Numbered from the stretch's first letter, positions 21,201 to 28,413 are shown. The stretch: 64,000 nucleotides of DNA from an uncultured Lachnospiraceae bacterium (GCA_964470175.1 CAYYBL010000001.1:4982-68981), one strand, 5' to 3'. Made by a program: numbers and translations. Notes: generated from the sequence alone by a model not told the origin.

Positions 21201-22863
21201 TTGGATCATTTTCATCTATAGAATTTCTATATGCATCATCCTGCACTATACCTTTTACATTAAACTTAAATCTAGCTTCATCTAAATCATCGTTATCTAT
21301 CGTATTTCCATATTCATCAACAACTTTCTTTGTAATCTGAACTTGTGCAATTTTTATATTGAATTGTCTACGTAATGAATATATTTCCTTCCATCTAAAT
21401 GCATCTCCTGCTAAAGCTAATCTTTGTGAGTCAAGTGTACCACCATCAATAGTATCTACCGTAGCATGGGTACCTTGTGTATTATTGTCAGGGTTTGTTT
21501 CGTTATAATGATACACAACTGTTCTTGCTTTCTTCCCGTAATGTCCTTCAAGTTTTTGATATGTACCATCTGCATTAGTATATTCAAAATTTACATTAAA
21601 CTGTAAAATAGATCCTGATCTAGAAACTTTATCTGTTCCCATAATTAAATAGAAAGCTTGATTGCCCTTAGGTGCAATTCTATCTGTCTTAACAAATTCA
21701 TCATGTTCACTGTCATAAAGAACTATTTTGAAATCTTTTTTACGATCTTCTTTGTTACTAAACTCTAATACTAGTGTATTATCATTGTCTAAAACTAATT
21801 CTATACTAGTTATATTTGAAAACTCTGACTTATAATAATCTACTGCAAAAGGACCAACCAAGTATTCCTTCGTATCAGCATTAAATGATACACTTGGTTT
21901 TTTATAATTCTCTCTTCCATTATCTGCAGTATTATAAATATTTCCCTTAGTTACCCACTTTGGTTTAGTCAAATTAAATCCAGCCGTCTTGTATGGTATA
22001 TTTGGATCTCTTCTATATTCATTCCATTCCTCTGTTTTTTCACCTCCAGATAATCTGTTAGCGCTTCCATCTTTTGTAGATTCTGTAGCATGAATTATAT
22101 AATCTTCAAATCTAACTGCTTCTTCATAAAGATCATTTGATCCCATATCACTACCAGTATGTCCAGCAGGTGTCATCCACCATGCCTGTTGTTCTTCAGA
22201 ATAATATCCTTCTGTTGGTGTTTCACCATCTCTAAGTGCTGAAAGAACCCAAGCTTCCTGTGGTATACATCTTAATGAATCTTTTACTGTATATACTGAT
22301 TGAGTTTCTTCATATGAAAGTGTCGTACCATTTGGATAAGTAAAATCATCATCACCATCATAGTCCCATGCATCATAATCTTGAGCAGCAGGCGAATTAG
22401 GATCAAGTACATCATCATCATTTGTCTCATCAGCTCCTTCTGGAACATTTGAATAATCAACTGTAAATGATCCACCACTAGAAATATGTTGTCCTCTTTG
22501 ACAACAAAGTATTTCCGCATAATCTCTTAATTCAACAAAACCAATATTAAGACTATCTCCTTTGGCAGCCTTAAGACCGGGTTTATAGTGCTCAACATTT
22601 TTAGTTCCAACTAATACTGCATCCGATAATTTTCCAGCAGTTTCGGTTTTGGACGAAAGTGCTGAACCATGTTTATCAAATGCTGCTGTTTCTTCATCTT
22701 CATCTGAACCCCACTCACCAAAATCAATACTGTCCTCATAATCGTCCTCTGCTTTTGATATATTTGATAAGTTGATGTTTAATACTACCAATGATAAAAA
22801 GAACAAACTCATCATCAATAATACTTTTATTACTAAATTCTTCATTTTCATATCATTTCTCAT
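12229..22863 (-). CDS. Giant surface protein 1 (3,544 aa): signal peptide, thioester-domain-like head, about 12+ CnaB/SpaA-like stalk modules, SdrD-B-like and DUF11-like C-terminal region, TFSPPNG motif + TM + KKKVLTK tail
   Basis: ORF track 12229..22890. I prefer ATG 22863-22861 (MRNDMKMKNLVIKVLLMMSLFFLSLVV...SKA/EDD), which sits 1 nt after the upstream stop with GGGGGTG 6 nt upstream. Modules repeatedly start G-x-L-x-I-x-K, contain F-x-F-x-V and P-x-Y-x-V-x-E, and end [C/A]-x-N. The SdrD-B-like segment is LSGTVWLDETPWDKNGTGKNGKLDSGEEGVEKVEVYV. Confidence 0.9.
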   Translation of the reverse strand: MRNDMKMKNLVIKVLLMMSLFFLSLVVLNINLSNISKAEDDYEDSIDFGEWGSDEDEETAAFDKHGSALSSKTETAGKLSDAVLVGTKNVEHYKPGLKAAKGDSLNIGFVELRDYAEILCCQRGQHISSGGSFTVDYSNVPEGADETNDDDVLDPNSPAAQDYDAWDYDGDDDFTYPNGTTLSYEETQSVYTVKDSLRCIPQEAWVLSALRDGETPTEGYYSEEQQAWWMTPAGHTGSDMGSNDLYEEAVRFEDYIIHATESTKDGSANRLSGGEKTEEWNEYRRDPNIPYKTAGFNLTKPKWVTKGNIYNTADNGRENYKKPSVSFNADTKEYLVGPFAVDYYKSEFSNITSIELVLDNDNTLVLEFSNKEDRKKDFKIVLYDSEHDEFVKTDRIAPKGNQAFYLIMGTDKVSRSGSILQFNVNFEYTNADGTYQKLEGHYGKKARTVVYHYNETNPDNNTQGTHATVDTIDGGTLDSQRLALAGDAFRWKEIYSLRRQFNIKIAQVQITKKVVDEYGNTIDNDDLDEARFKFNVKGIVQDDAYRNSIDENDPSKSVYRNNFENMNFPPVVVTVGKDPKARTSRSKFFAWAYEAVADDSKIKNPTYEITEVFDAETVSADKYRLIKAYILDANGNEVEVPLGDDFVIRGEFQANKGITFRITNQKLEKKYGYLRIQKTMKEPEADEGARSELSEQIKNKEFKFNVKITGDFYINGVPYTENTPYTNPENKPITIKADGKYHYVMVDENGKEIPIIWYTKNAPKFELEELKDETGETRFSSDAKLTADGRYIISGELIGTTTTDTGNDFKPEPDEKNLTNISSASFENEYDESEGAKLRLIKEIDLSKFADETTRDFVISKLKDLDFTFKVTVDNKEEDVVLHGGDGKKNGTKYQITWVSDRYTWYKLDKRDHSYKIKEIKVPEGTSFVSFNGESGKTEVSGSLRNNDNVLNEITNTCINKIDTETTKIKLEKILGSVDNFDIENGVYKDESKEILRNRDYYFYVDIKGRFSYGENLKYGDHYIRLTRDGYVELGEDGNPVKEEDKAKYEKGIVITPKLEEDPENPGKGRYLPGSNVCVLDKEIEWCEFDKAPEYKASEDTSKVVLPDGYSLNIPTYTSEGSSGRLKPSTTNTFDITIDNTINGTYKYGKINLIKTLQGADDYESDIEKIAFNFHVTVTQRVKAIDASGNEIEKPTDVKYFDEEIKVYPTKEGDTWTWQWDSKEQGIVFKWDISKGEVAPEFKVEELMDDGGFIVNKIVSEGVFFKRAWIEGEDEVDTPILEGIVKENDEGETLKKSTNIFFENEIGAPHRGYLEITKKVAESYEADEVDDEKIYTFHFKVKITASEKFEYNGTPYDAGEYYLDSVKGLVKKADANNNTYVAIEASKKEIGVWKSGLFRWSVKVKSPDYEVTELDLPDTDTDEGKEYEIENGSGSLVDIQGDAVRVICTNGPTVRYGDIKIRKSLDIDETTLSKFQKKYLDKRVDELKFKFEVKYNGQTHTVEIDKANRVGNTYTWEKTIEHIKINESNKDFTVKEIDVPAGTHFVKFDGSNPDEYKGILEADTVVEVDNCFNKIDIPNSSLEIVKKVDPSYEIDETKTFKFTVKITATSEFGYDGEVKEPGTYYLDNNGSIEGGENATVSIQASKTSNGSWKSKKFEWDPLKTAPLYEVIEQDLSETETDESKEHKMENAANVLKDEPVAKVICVNKGTDNGSIKIIKTLDIDETLSDELKEKLKERADGYVFTFDVTYNGGTNTVTLDKTNRIGNTYTWEKTIKDITITDDKVFTVKEVDVPEGTYFVKFDGSDSDVYTGTLEVDKVVEVGNCHNKIKDEPVPDKGNLKIVKELTSDSLKNQKFRFKVTINGTFEYNGESYVNEDMVIDDVWLVEGNNFEYYLSDITWKKGMTEPTYKVEEVNLDGTSLTTDDNGDVVVKDKKDGTVIAKQRSITNAGGSLTMNTTTTVTATNDSVPKFGYLKVSKLAENGSEIDGDEEFTFKVTITYADGHSEVYNPIVKVNEDWTKKIEWKSGENAPTYKVEEINIPEGYQLVEISDNATGVVEDASKESDPIAKAITVVAINKSEEHKGKFKIRKQIVAERKLIGDPSDLAFEVTYKIYGTKFKYKGKLYDNEYNSTKDEKDALTFKVTLDGDDYCGVFESDEITWYGNEAPQVEVYEDLSKKDANIGWKNTSISNNGQTLVDSKLGDPLEITVINELPKYKKLILTVNLSGTVWLDETPWDKNGTGKNGKLDSGEEGVEKVEVYVKNSADGSPADLRDEMGEEITQPIYTDKDGSWKAEGITLYELAYEKYKVDFLYNGQKYEPTTYLASAKVGDVSNPYQKKSDMYISDLNNSSINEYPDMVAKYANDSVAIDKNRKEVNERFETIEGKEVLNESGITIGNASGYDLTYEARNMDSSNRNDNSSNSLKSIIKTDDNGYTYDQYKVTATTYIGMESAHAAYPLSNQVHLRADSPSREMTVDGVKVTYKYLGYSKHINLGLINRPDVDVSVVKVLDSATVVTKQNAQFFQFNKLADLIDKTKVERTLAPIGLYSSDYYYRSEIYSMSSDYDKIKEILGENIENSEMQVYLKYKIQIVNNSAEYDVRINGIDDYSDSTLEVVERSFTQDVKTVNGKEENRSISIEKPYITKGISNVKQDDLVWNNANVVQKDILSSDGKYYDKYRVNLPDSPNPSTSGDDVAKLSSGDFINIYVTYKTEKSSVESVINAIKTGTKSNIVEIASYSTYYNSRSFNSNNKEYSGTAGKIDGNSAPSNLNIHDFNFRSLYEDDTYAAPVLELKIDENQNKVVSGLAWEDSKEEGKSVGNGLYDENDEALIGGLTMELVETFSDGTNDYDFLWPTNVGLNSFGGMTVEDVVGFDSTTESSRVNKDKDGKVIESYDSAVVKVGQYNFKKIPVGDYFVKSEYGIDKSTLADTDQNTGAPTALNKKGEMFNAAKSRDGGNQISTEVLTANYDKDANNETPAVYNGQDYKATIFMNKDTDGYIYNDKKENVVVNIPGESAENSKKSYAIDDEVQRLEGMAKSTTITNELSEMFNEANYVNGYHSELYDGYAMSTYTRKVGICPVYNGDESERKEEVKYINTGLIERPKNNIILDKEIKDIEITTNDGKTIFDAEFGTEYTIGDSKDSDAKVLIKLPNSEEYLIANTTLVKDRSVGDELMKAIEKVEDKDQSYNGRIREDEGKYNNGIQNFRFVDIDDEILQGTTITINYRFTALNAGEVDYTTERIAAIDDVKSGETLYDVIADARKDNIRGKEGKYLGSYYYDGQYNDKTKETLRIVTTRVRQIVDYVDNDAVFDTTNNRRVDHSWKNTSVLELAGNGLNGEQLLSKDIVATNKLLDKDDRVYISDSGNNVVLSVDELSVVRNENGIDNYDQLSNALFEQQLVPMTGDTLEQGTITTYNMSEPAEGVGDTTANYTVLDITITKVVASSKDANNLSFDNIAEVVKMENTVGRRDITITQGNTNPKYGEFEQSVAERDTSSTELITFSPPNGLTDKEGKIISQALVVIAAGLVIVGAGVVIIKKKVLTK
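17375..18935 (-). repeat. Tandem duplication of a two-domain unit (A-B-A'-B', about 260 aa per A-B unit) inside giant 1
   Basis: RGYLEITKKVAESYEADEVDDEKIYTFHFKVKITASEKFEYNG... parallels SSLEIVKKVDPSYEIDETKTFKFTVKITATSEFGYDG.... YGDIKIRKSLDIDETTLSKF...RVGNTYTWEKTIEHIKI...FTVKEIDVPAGTHFVKFDGS parallels NGSIKIIKTLDIDETLSDEL...RIGNTYTWEKTIKDITI...FTVKEVDVPEGTYFVKFDGS. The similarity is also visible in the DNA, by eye. Confidence 0.65.
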
Positions 22864-22864
22864 A

Positions 22865-25800
22865 TTAAACACCCCCTTCCTCTTCTTCAACTTTTCTTTT
22901 ATTCATCACAATCTTTCTGTTTATCACAATTACTGCGAGAACCACCAGCATTGATGTAGTAATAATCATCGATGTATAAATAAGTGTCTCACCTGTCCTT
23001 ATAAGAATAATTATATCTGAACTACTTAAGTCATTTTCTCTTTGTGCTTTATTTGCTGGAGTAGAATTATAATCATCTACACCATATATATTATAGTCTT
23101 CATAAATCTCTGCTTGATTGTTTACAAGTCCTGTATTTTCACCTGTCATATTCTTTTCTAGCACTAACTTAATTACAGTTGATTCTCCCGGTGCTAGGCT
23201 TAGATTTTCTCTAGATGCGTTAAATATAGTATCATTTGAGCCTGTATACCATCCGTTATTTAATGCTAGACTTGAATTAAATTCCATATCTTGTGGTTTA
23301 TAATCTACTATTTTCTTAACAAATCCAGGAATTTCTCCTTTATTTGTAATCTTTATTTCATATTCAACAAGTACTTTTGCACCATCAATATTTTTAGCAG
23401 GTATATCTTCTTTTACAAGTTTTTCACCATTATAATTATTTGTAGAAGTACCCTTTGATGATTGTACTGTAACCTTTGAAATGCTCATGTCTAATTCTAA
23501 GTCAAATTTATCTGCAAGTACAAGTCCTAAATCTATATTTGATACGCTTGAATTGTCTATAACTATTGCATCAGATACAGCTGCTGTTCTTGATGTTCCT
23601 TCTTGTGTAACTTTTTCTGCAATTGCATCAGAATTTGTTGAATCTTGTACTCCATCCTTTTTGTATGTAGTAACACCATATTTTATAGTATCATAATCAT
23701 ATATTACAAAGTATTTTCCGTTTTCTACACCATTTAATATATACATTCCACTACTGTCTGTTGTTACCTTTTTCAATATTTTTCCAGTTTCGCTTTCAAC
23801 AAGACTCACTCTTACATCTCCTACCATTGGAGACTCATTGGTATCTCTCATACCATCTTTATCTGAATCAAGCCATACATATCCTGATATTTTATATGTT
23901 TTATTCACTTTATCAGTATCACTTGATGAAGAAGGTCTTGCAGAATTTGAACTAGATTCCTCTACCTTTTCTTCTCCTTCGCCTTCAGCTAAAACATTTT
24001 TTAATGTGAATGTTAATGAATTTGAAGTAATTTCATCTACATTTTCAGCAGAAACCGTAGCAAAGTTTGTAACAGTTTTTTCTTCTGAAGTATCTCTAAT
24101 GCTAGCATATGTATCAACTATAACCTTAAGTTCCTCTCCTGCTTTTATATTTTCACATACATAGACCTTATTACTTTTTGAATCATTTTCTTTATCCACT
24201 GAACCAACTGTATATTTTACGCCCTTTACTTGAAGTTCATCTGGGAATATATCTTTAAATGCTACTTTTGGTACTGTAACTTTGCTATCATTCTTAATAG
24301 TAAATATAAATCTTATGTTTTCCCCTTCATTAATTGTTGAAGAAACATCTGTATCCGTTGTTTGAGATATTGTAAGTACTGAGTCGCTTATATTTACCTT
24401 ACTTACTTCAGACTCATATACATCAATACCATCTGCCCAAGCTTTTGCACTCGTACCAACCGTATCATATGTCATATTGTTTGAAATATGATCAACCTTA
24501 AATTCATATTCACAACAAACATGCTCATTTGGTTTTAATTCATTTAAATTCCAAGTAATTGTTCTTGTAGCTTCATCATAGCTTCCTTCACTTATTTCTG
24601 TATAATTCTCACCAACATACATACATAGATGTGATGAAACATACTTAAACTCTATAGGAAGCTCCTTAGTAACATTTAAATTTTTAAGAGTTTTATCTGT
24701 AAGATTTTTAACTTGTACTGTATGACCTACTTGATCACCTATTCTATACGTTTTAAAAACCTGACCTCTATCATATTCATTTATCTTTAATTCTGCATTA
24801 TTTACCTTTGTTTTTTCACTTGAAGCATTTATTTCTTTTCCTAAATCTTTTGCGATAGCCTTTGCTGTAGTCTCTACATAACTATCACCAGATGATTTTT
24901 TCATAACTGAAAGATTTAGTTCTGCAGATAATTCTTTTCCAACTTCCAATTCTTCAGACCTTATAACGATCTTGTTATTTTCTAAACTTAAAGAAGCATC
25001 TTCTTTATTTAATGTTGATGTCTCTTCACTAAATAATGTACTTCTTGGTACAGGTATCTCTATATATACCTGTTCTGCATTCTGTTTTCCTACATTTTTA
25101 AGCACAACACTTACTGGAAGATTTTCATACTCTTTTACTTCCTCTTTATTGTTCTTAAGAGAAAGAGTAAGCTCTGGTCCATTTCCTGTAGTAAGCATTG
25201 CTAGGTCTGCGAAGCTTATTTCTGCTTTCTTTAACTCATCTTCATTTGATGTATAATATGTAACAAATTCACCTGCTAAATATTCATGATGAGCTAAATC
25301 TTCAGGAATCTCAAATGTATACTTAAATTTAAGAGTTTCTCCCACAGTAAGCTTAAAGTCATCATTTTCTGGAACAATCATGTATGACTTCATTTCTGAT
25401 AAATCTGAAGGGTTTTCTTCCCAACCATTTTCTCCATTTTGTAAATCTCTTGTTGCTAACGCATTTTTTGAATAATAAACTTTAAAACTTGATGAACTTT
25501 CTTCTGCTAAAACTACTCCTGATAACATTTTTGTATCTATAGTGGTTCTTTCTACGACTTTCTCTCCTGTAATTATATCTACCAAATCTTTTTGAGGTAT
25601 TCTTCCTAGAATACTTACATTTGATATGTCGCTATTTTCATTATTCATTACATATAATATCATTTCTGCATTTTTGCTGCCTGAATGAACCTCTATAAAA
25701 TCAGTCATCTTTCCTTGATTTACAGAAGCTATATATCCATTTTCTTTATATCCCGTTATAGCATTCACGCTTACTACACCAGAAGGAGCAGAATATCTAA

Positions 25801-27943
25801 TTTCTACATTTTCTGTTTCTTCATAATTTGTAGCTTGTTCATTAGAAACTTTACATGAAATCTCAGCTTTCTTCACTGGTGTAAGTCTATTTACAGTAAT
25901 ATTTGCTACTATAACAATGTTTGTACCATTGGTAATAACAGAACTATTTAATCCTTTTTGCATACCAGATGTACTAACTCTTATAGTTCTTGTATCAACA
26001 ACTTCTACATTTTCAAGTGTAAGTCCTTCATCATAAGCAATACTTGAGTTTAGTATTTCTATACTTTCAACTTCACTTGGTAAAACAATATCAAATACTG
26101 AATTTCCATATATATCTGAAAACTCAGAACTATTATTTAATTCTATTTTAAACTCTACATCTTCTGTCTTTGATACTGTAGAGAAAGAATCTTTATTTAC
26201 AACAAGATTTACTTTTGTTTTTGTATCTACCATACTAATAGTATTTTCTACGTTACTTACTATTTGCTCAGCATCTACATATGTATATTTTGCAACAAGT
26301 TCTGATGCAATTTTAATACTTTGAACTTCTTGCATTTTTGATCTATCAATAGAAGAGTCCGATATAGCTCTTTCTACATTTATTACTAAATTTCCTTGTG
26401 TTATAGGTTTTGATACTTCATATGTAAGTACTTTTCTGTTTGAATCAGGCATAACAACTTCGATATTATTATTTTCATCCTCATTCATTTTTAGAGATGC
26501 AATTACTATTCCTGCATCATATATATTTATATAGCCTTCTTTTCCTAATATATTTTCAAAATTTTCTTTTGAAACAGAAACCTTCTTTGTATATACATCA
26601 GACATGCTTACTTGCTCTCCTGATTTTAATACATACATGGCTTCTTTATCATTTATTTTTAGAGAATCTATAATGTTGTTATTTGAGATATTTAAAATTT
26701 CTTTTGAATTTAAAATTGTTTCAACTTTTTCGCTATTTAAGTAATTTGAATAAATACCATTTTTTGAAACTTCATTTTTATCATTTTCGATATTTAATGA
26801 TACTAAACTACCTACTTCGCTCTCAAAAGAATTTTTATATGAATTAGATACAGTTACCTGATTTGCATCAGAATCCTTTTCTCCACAATATGTAGAAACT
26901 ACCATTGCTATATCCGATACTACTTCTTTAGCATCTATATTTTCTAATCCTTCATAAACATATGTTACAAGATATTCATCCACTCCAGGAATGTTATAGT
27001 ATCTTTCTTCTTTAACGATTTTTTCTTGATCAACCAAATATTCATCATCATATTCATTAAATTCAACCATTGATTTCTCATTTTTTACAGAGATATCAAC
27101 GATACCATCTCTATATGAATAATTAGATTCATTGAATTTGATAGTGTCAGCATTCCCACCGTTTGTATTTTCCAATTTATTTGCATCAACTATAACCTTA
27201 CTTGGTTTTTGTCCACTTATAACTGGTGCATCAATCCTAATAGCTGTTTCTCTAACAGGTAAAGTCTTTTCATCAGTTGTACCATCTACTTTTACAAGAC
27301 TTTGTAGGATAATACCTCCACCATAATTTATGAATTTTTGTATTGAAGATTCAAGACTAACCTTTCTTTGATTCGTCCAAGAAACACTTAATGTATCTTC
27401 ATATACAACCTCTTTCTCATTACCATCTTTATTTACATATACACCTGTAAGCCTTACCTTAGCATCACTTGCAATATTTTTATCATTTACATACTTTTCA
27501 TACTTGTAAGTGAATGGCACTGAGATAATTGTCTTTACATCTGAATCAATTTGTTTTAAAGTAATCTCATTTTTTGAAACACCTTGAATCAAAGAATTTT
27601 GTCCTATGTTTTCACCTAAAACAAAGTTTAATCCCTTTCCTTCCTCACTCTCTAGGATACTAATTTGAGCGTTTTTTAAATACCCGCTTTCCTTCACCTC
27701 AAGTGACAAATCAATGGCTAAATCTTTATTATTTACATCACTAATAACCGAAGCAGTCTTAGTACCTGATCCGGTTTCAAAATATGCACTAAATTCTACA
27801 TTCTCATTTGTTTTTGAACTTGAGAAAACTTCTGTAATGATTTCTGAAGCAAAAGTTTCTCCAACAAATAAGAAGTTGGCAGAAGTTAATGTAAATATTA
27901 GAAGAATAGCGAGTAACTTTGTCCTGATATTGCTTGATTTCAT
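22865..27943 (-). CDS. Partner protein 1 (1,692 aa): signal peptide, long beta-rich N-terminal region, DUF11-like repeats, SdrD-B-like domain, DUF11-like domain with D-x-x-S-x-P-x-N...(E/N)D motif, LIRTGE + TM + basic tail
   Basis: ATG 27943-27941 follows AGGAGGAG (27951-27958). N-terminus is MKSSNIRTKLLAILLIFTLTSANFLFVGETFAS. DUF11-like signatures include GDQVGHTVQVKNLTDKTLKNLNVTKELPIEFKYVSS and EGENIRFIFTIKNDSKVTVPKVAFKDIFPDELQV. SdrD-B-like segment: ISGYVWLDSDKDGMRDTNESPMVGDVRVSLVESETGK...SSGMYILNGVENGKYFVIYDYD. C-terminus: ...DIIILIRTGETLIYTSMIITTSMLVVLAVIVINRKIVMNKRKVEEEEGGV. Confidence 0.9.
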   Translation of the reverse strand: MKSSNIRTKLLAILLIFTLTSANFLFVGETFASEIITEVFSSSKTNENVEFSAYFETGSGTKTASVISDVNNKDLAIDLSLEVKESGYLKNAQISILESEEGKGLNFVLGENIGQNSLIQGVSKNEITLKQIDSDVKTIISVPFTYKYEKYVNDKNIASDAKVRLTGVYVNKDGNEKEVVYEDTLSVSWTNQRKVSLESSIQKFINYGGGIILQSLVKVDGTTDEKTLPVRETAIRIDAPVISGQKPSKVIVDANKLENTNGGNADTIKFNESNYSYRDGIVDISVKNEKSMVEFNEYDDEYLVDQEKIVKEERYYNIPGVDEYLVTYVYEGLENIDAKEVVSDIAMVVSTYCGEKDSDANQVTVSNSYKNSFESEVGSLVSLNIENDKNEVSKNGIYSNYLNSEKVETILNSKEILNISNNNIIDSLKINDKEAMYVLKSGEQVSMSDVYTKKVSVSKENFENILGKEGYINIYDAGIVIASLKMNEDENNNIEVVMPDSNRKVLTYEVSKPITQGNLVINVERAISDSSIDRSKMQEVQSIKIASELVAKYTYVDAEQIVSNVENTISMVDTKTKVNLVVNKDSFSTVSKTEDVEFKIELNNSSEFSDIYGNSVFDIVLPSEVESIEILNSSIAYDEGLTLENVEVVDTRTIRVSTSGMQKGLNSSVITNGTNIVIVANITVNRLTPVKKAEISCKVSNEQATNYEETENVEIRYSAPSGVVSVNAITGYKENGYIASVNQGKMTDFIEVHSGSKNAEMILYVMNNENSDISNVSILGRIPQKDLVDIITGEKVVERTTIDTKMLSGVVLAEESSSSFKVYYSKNALATRDLQNGENGWEENPSDLSEMKSYMIVPENDDFKLTVGETLKFKYTFEIPEDLAHHEYLAGEFVTYYTSNEDELKKAEISFADLAMLTTGNGPELTLSLKNNKEEVKEYENLPVSVVLKNVGKQNAEQVYIEIPVPRSTLFSEETSTLNKEDASLSLENNKIVIRSEELEVGKELSAELNLSVMKKSSGDSYVETTAKAIAKDLGKEINASSEKTKVNNAELKINEYDRGQVFKTYRIGDQVGHTVQVKNLTDKTLKNLNVTKELPIEFKYVSSHLCMYVGENYTEISEGSYDEATRTITWNLNELKPNEHVCCEYEFKVDHISNNMTYDTVGTSAKAWADGIDVYESEVSKVNISDSVLTISQTTDTDVSSTINEGENIRFIFTIKNDSKVTVPKVAFKDIFPDELQVKGVKYTVGSVDKENDSKSNKVYVCENIKAGEELKVIVDTYASIRDTSEEKTVTNFATVSAENVDEITSNSLTFTLKNVLAEGEGEEKVEESSSNSARPSSSSDTDKVNKTYKISGYVWLDSDKDGMRDTNESPMVGDVRVSLVESETGKILKKVTTDSSGMYILNGVENGKYFVIYDYDTIKYGVTTYKKDGVQDSTNSDAIAEKVTQEGTSRTAAVSDAIVIDNSSVSNIDLGLVLADKFDLELDMSISKVTVQSSKGTSTNNYNGEKLVKEDIPAKNIDGAKVLVEYEIKITNKGEIPGFVKKIVDYKPQDMEFNSSLALNNGWYTGSNDTIFNASRENLSLAPGESTVIKLVLEKNMTGENTGLVNNQAEIYEDYNIYGVDDYNSTPANKAQRENDLSSSDIIILIRTGETLIYTSMIITTSMLVVLAVIVINRKIVMNKRKVEEEEGGV

Positions 27944-28000
27944 CTAATACTCCTCCTATAACAACAATATATTTATATTATTTAATAAACATACAAGTCA

Positions 28001-28029
28001 ATTATACACTCTTATGTAAACTTTTTCAA
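28001..28029 (-). promoter_or_regulatory. Strong sigma-A-type promoter of module 1 (partner 1 + giant 1)
   Basis: Minus strand reads TTGAAA (28029-28024), a 17-nt spacer, then TATAAT (28006-28001), about 58 nt upstream of the ATG at 27943. Confidence 0.6.
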
Positions 28030-28383
28030 GCATTTGTGTATATTTTTTTGGCTTTTTTTCAATTTTTAATATTTTTGTGTTATTTATTTCTTTGTATTTC
28101 TGTTAATTATTTGTCCTTTTGAAAAGTTTTTTTGCAAAAAAAGTCTTTCAAAAAAACAACATTTAACCCTGTTTCAGCTATATTTTATACTTATTTATAC
28201 GTAATTCATATAACTTTATTATTACAATAATTTGAATATTTACTTATATTTTCGTACGTTATACGGAAATATGTTTTCCTAAAATTATATTTTTTTATAT
28301 CTTTTTGATTATATTTTTACAATATTCTTTCTATATTTATATATATTGTTACAATTTGATTTCAAAGATGTATATTTTGGTAG

Positions 28384-28413
28384 GGATATAGAGGATAAAA
28401 TTCCTCTATATCC
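28384..28413 (-). terminator. Stem-loop downstream of giant gene 2 (probable terminator; weak U-tract on the minus strand)
   Basis: 12-bp perfect stem GGATATAGAGGA / TCCTCTATATCC (28384-28395 / 28402-28413) lies 17 nt after the stop at 28430-28432. The T-run is on the plus-strand side (ccgattttttat), so minus-strand termination efficiency is uncertain. Confidence 0.45.

Noticed and set aside
22284-22520. Small minus-strand ORFs nested out of frame in giant genes (22284-22520, 55400-55642, 61886-62164)
   Set aside because: They lie entirely within, and out of frame with, strongly supported CDSs. Their translations are compositionally odd (Met/Ile/Leu/Lys runs) and they have no RBS.
22864-22890. 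Upstream alternative starts for giant 1 (22890) and giant 2 (46465) that overlap the partner genes
   Set aside because: The extensions lack signal-peptide character and an RBS. The internal ATGs at 22863 and 46402 lie 1 nt after the partner stop, have an SD 6 nt upstream and start typical signal peptides.
27850-27943. Similarity of partner signal peptides (...FVGETFAS, ...LVGKVYATS) to SipW-dependent TasA/camelysin-type signal peptides (...GGGTFAYF)
   Set aside because: Only 3-4 residues match, the second paralogue does not keep them, and no sipW-like gene is present in the window. This is insufficient to call.
27934-28122. 62-aa plus-strand ORF in the module 1 promoter region
   Set aside because: It is an AT-rich intergenic sequence with no RBS and a hydrophobic low-complexity product. 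It overlaps the minus-strand promoter and the start codon of partner 1.
28127-28156. Homopolymer runs (T7, A7, A7) upstream of module 1 as possible slipped-strand phase-variation switches
   Set aside because: The tracts are short, lie well upstream of the -35 box rather than in the spacer or coding region, and are typical of AT-rich intergenic DNA. There is no evidence of variability from a single sequence.
28150-28195. Second terminator upstream of module 1 (CTGAAACAGGGTTAAATGTTGTTTTTTTG on the minus strand), similar to the real terminator at 52051-52098
   Set aside because: It shares CTGAAACA-GGTT and a T-run with the module 3 terminator, but only a 4-bp stem can form. It is probably a decayed relic of duplicated flanking sequence rather than a functional terminator.
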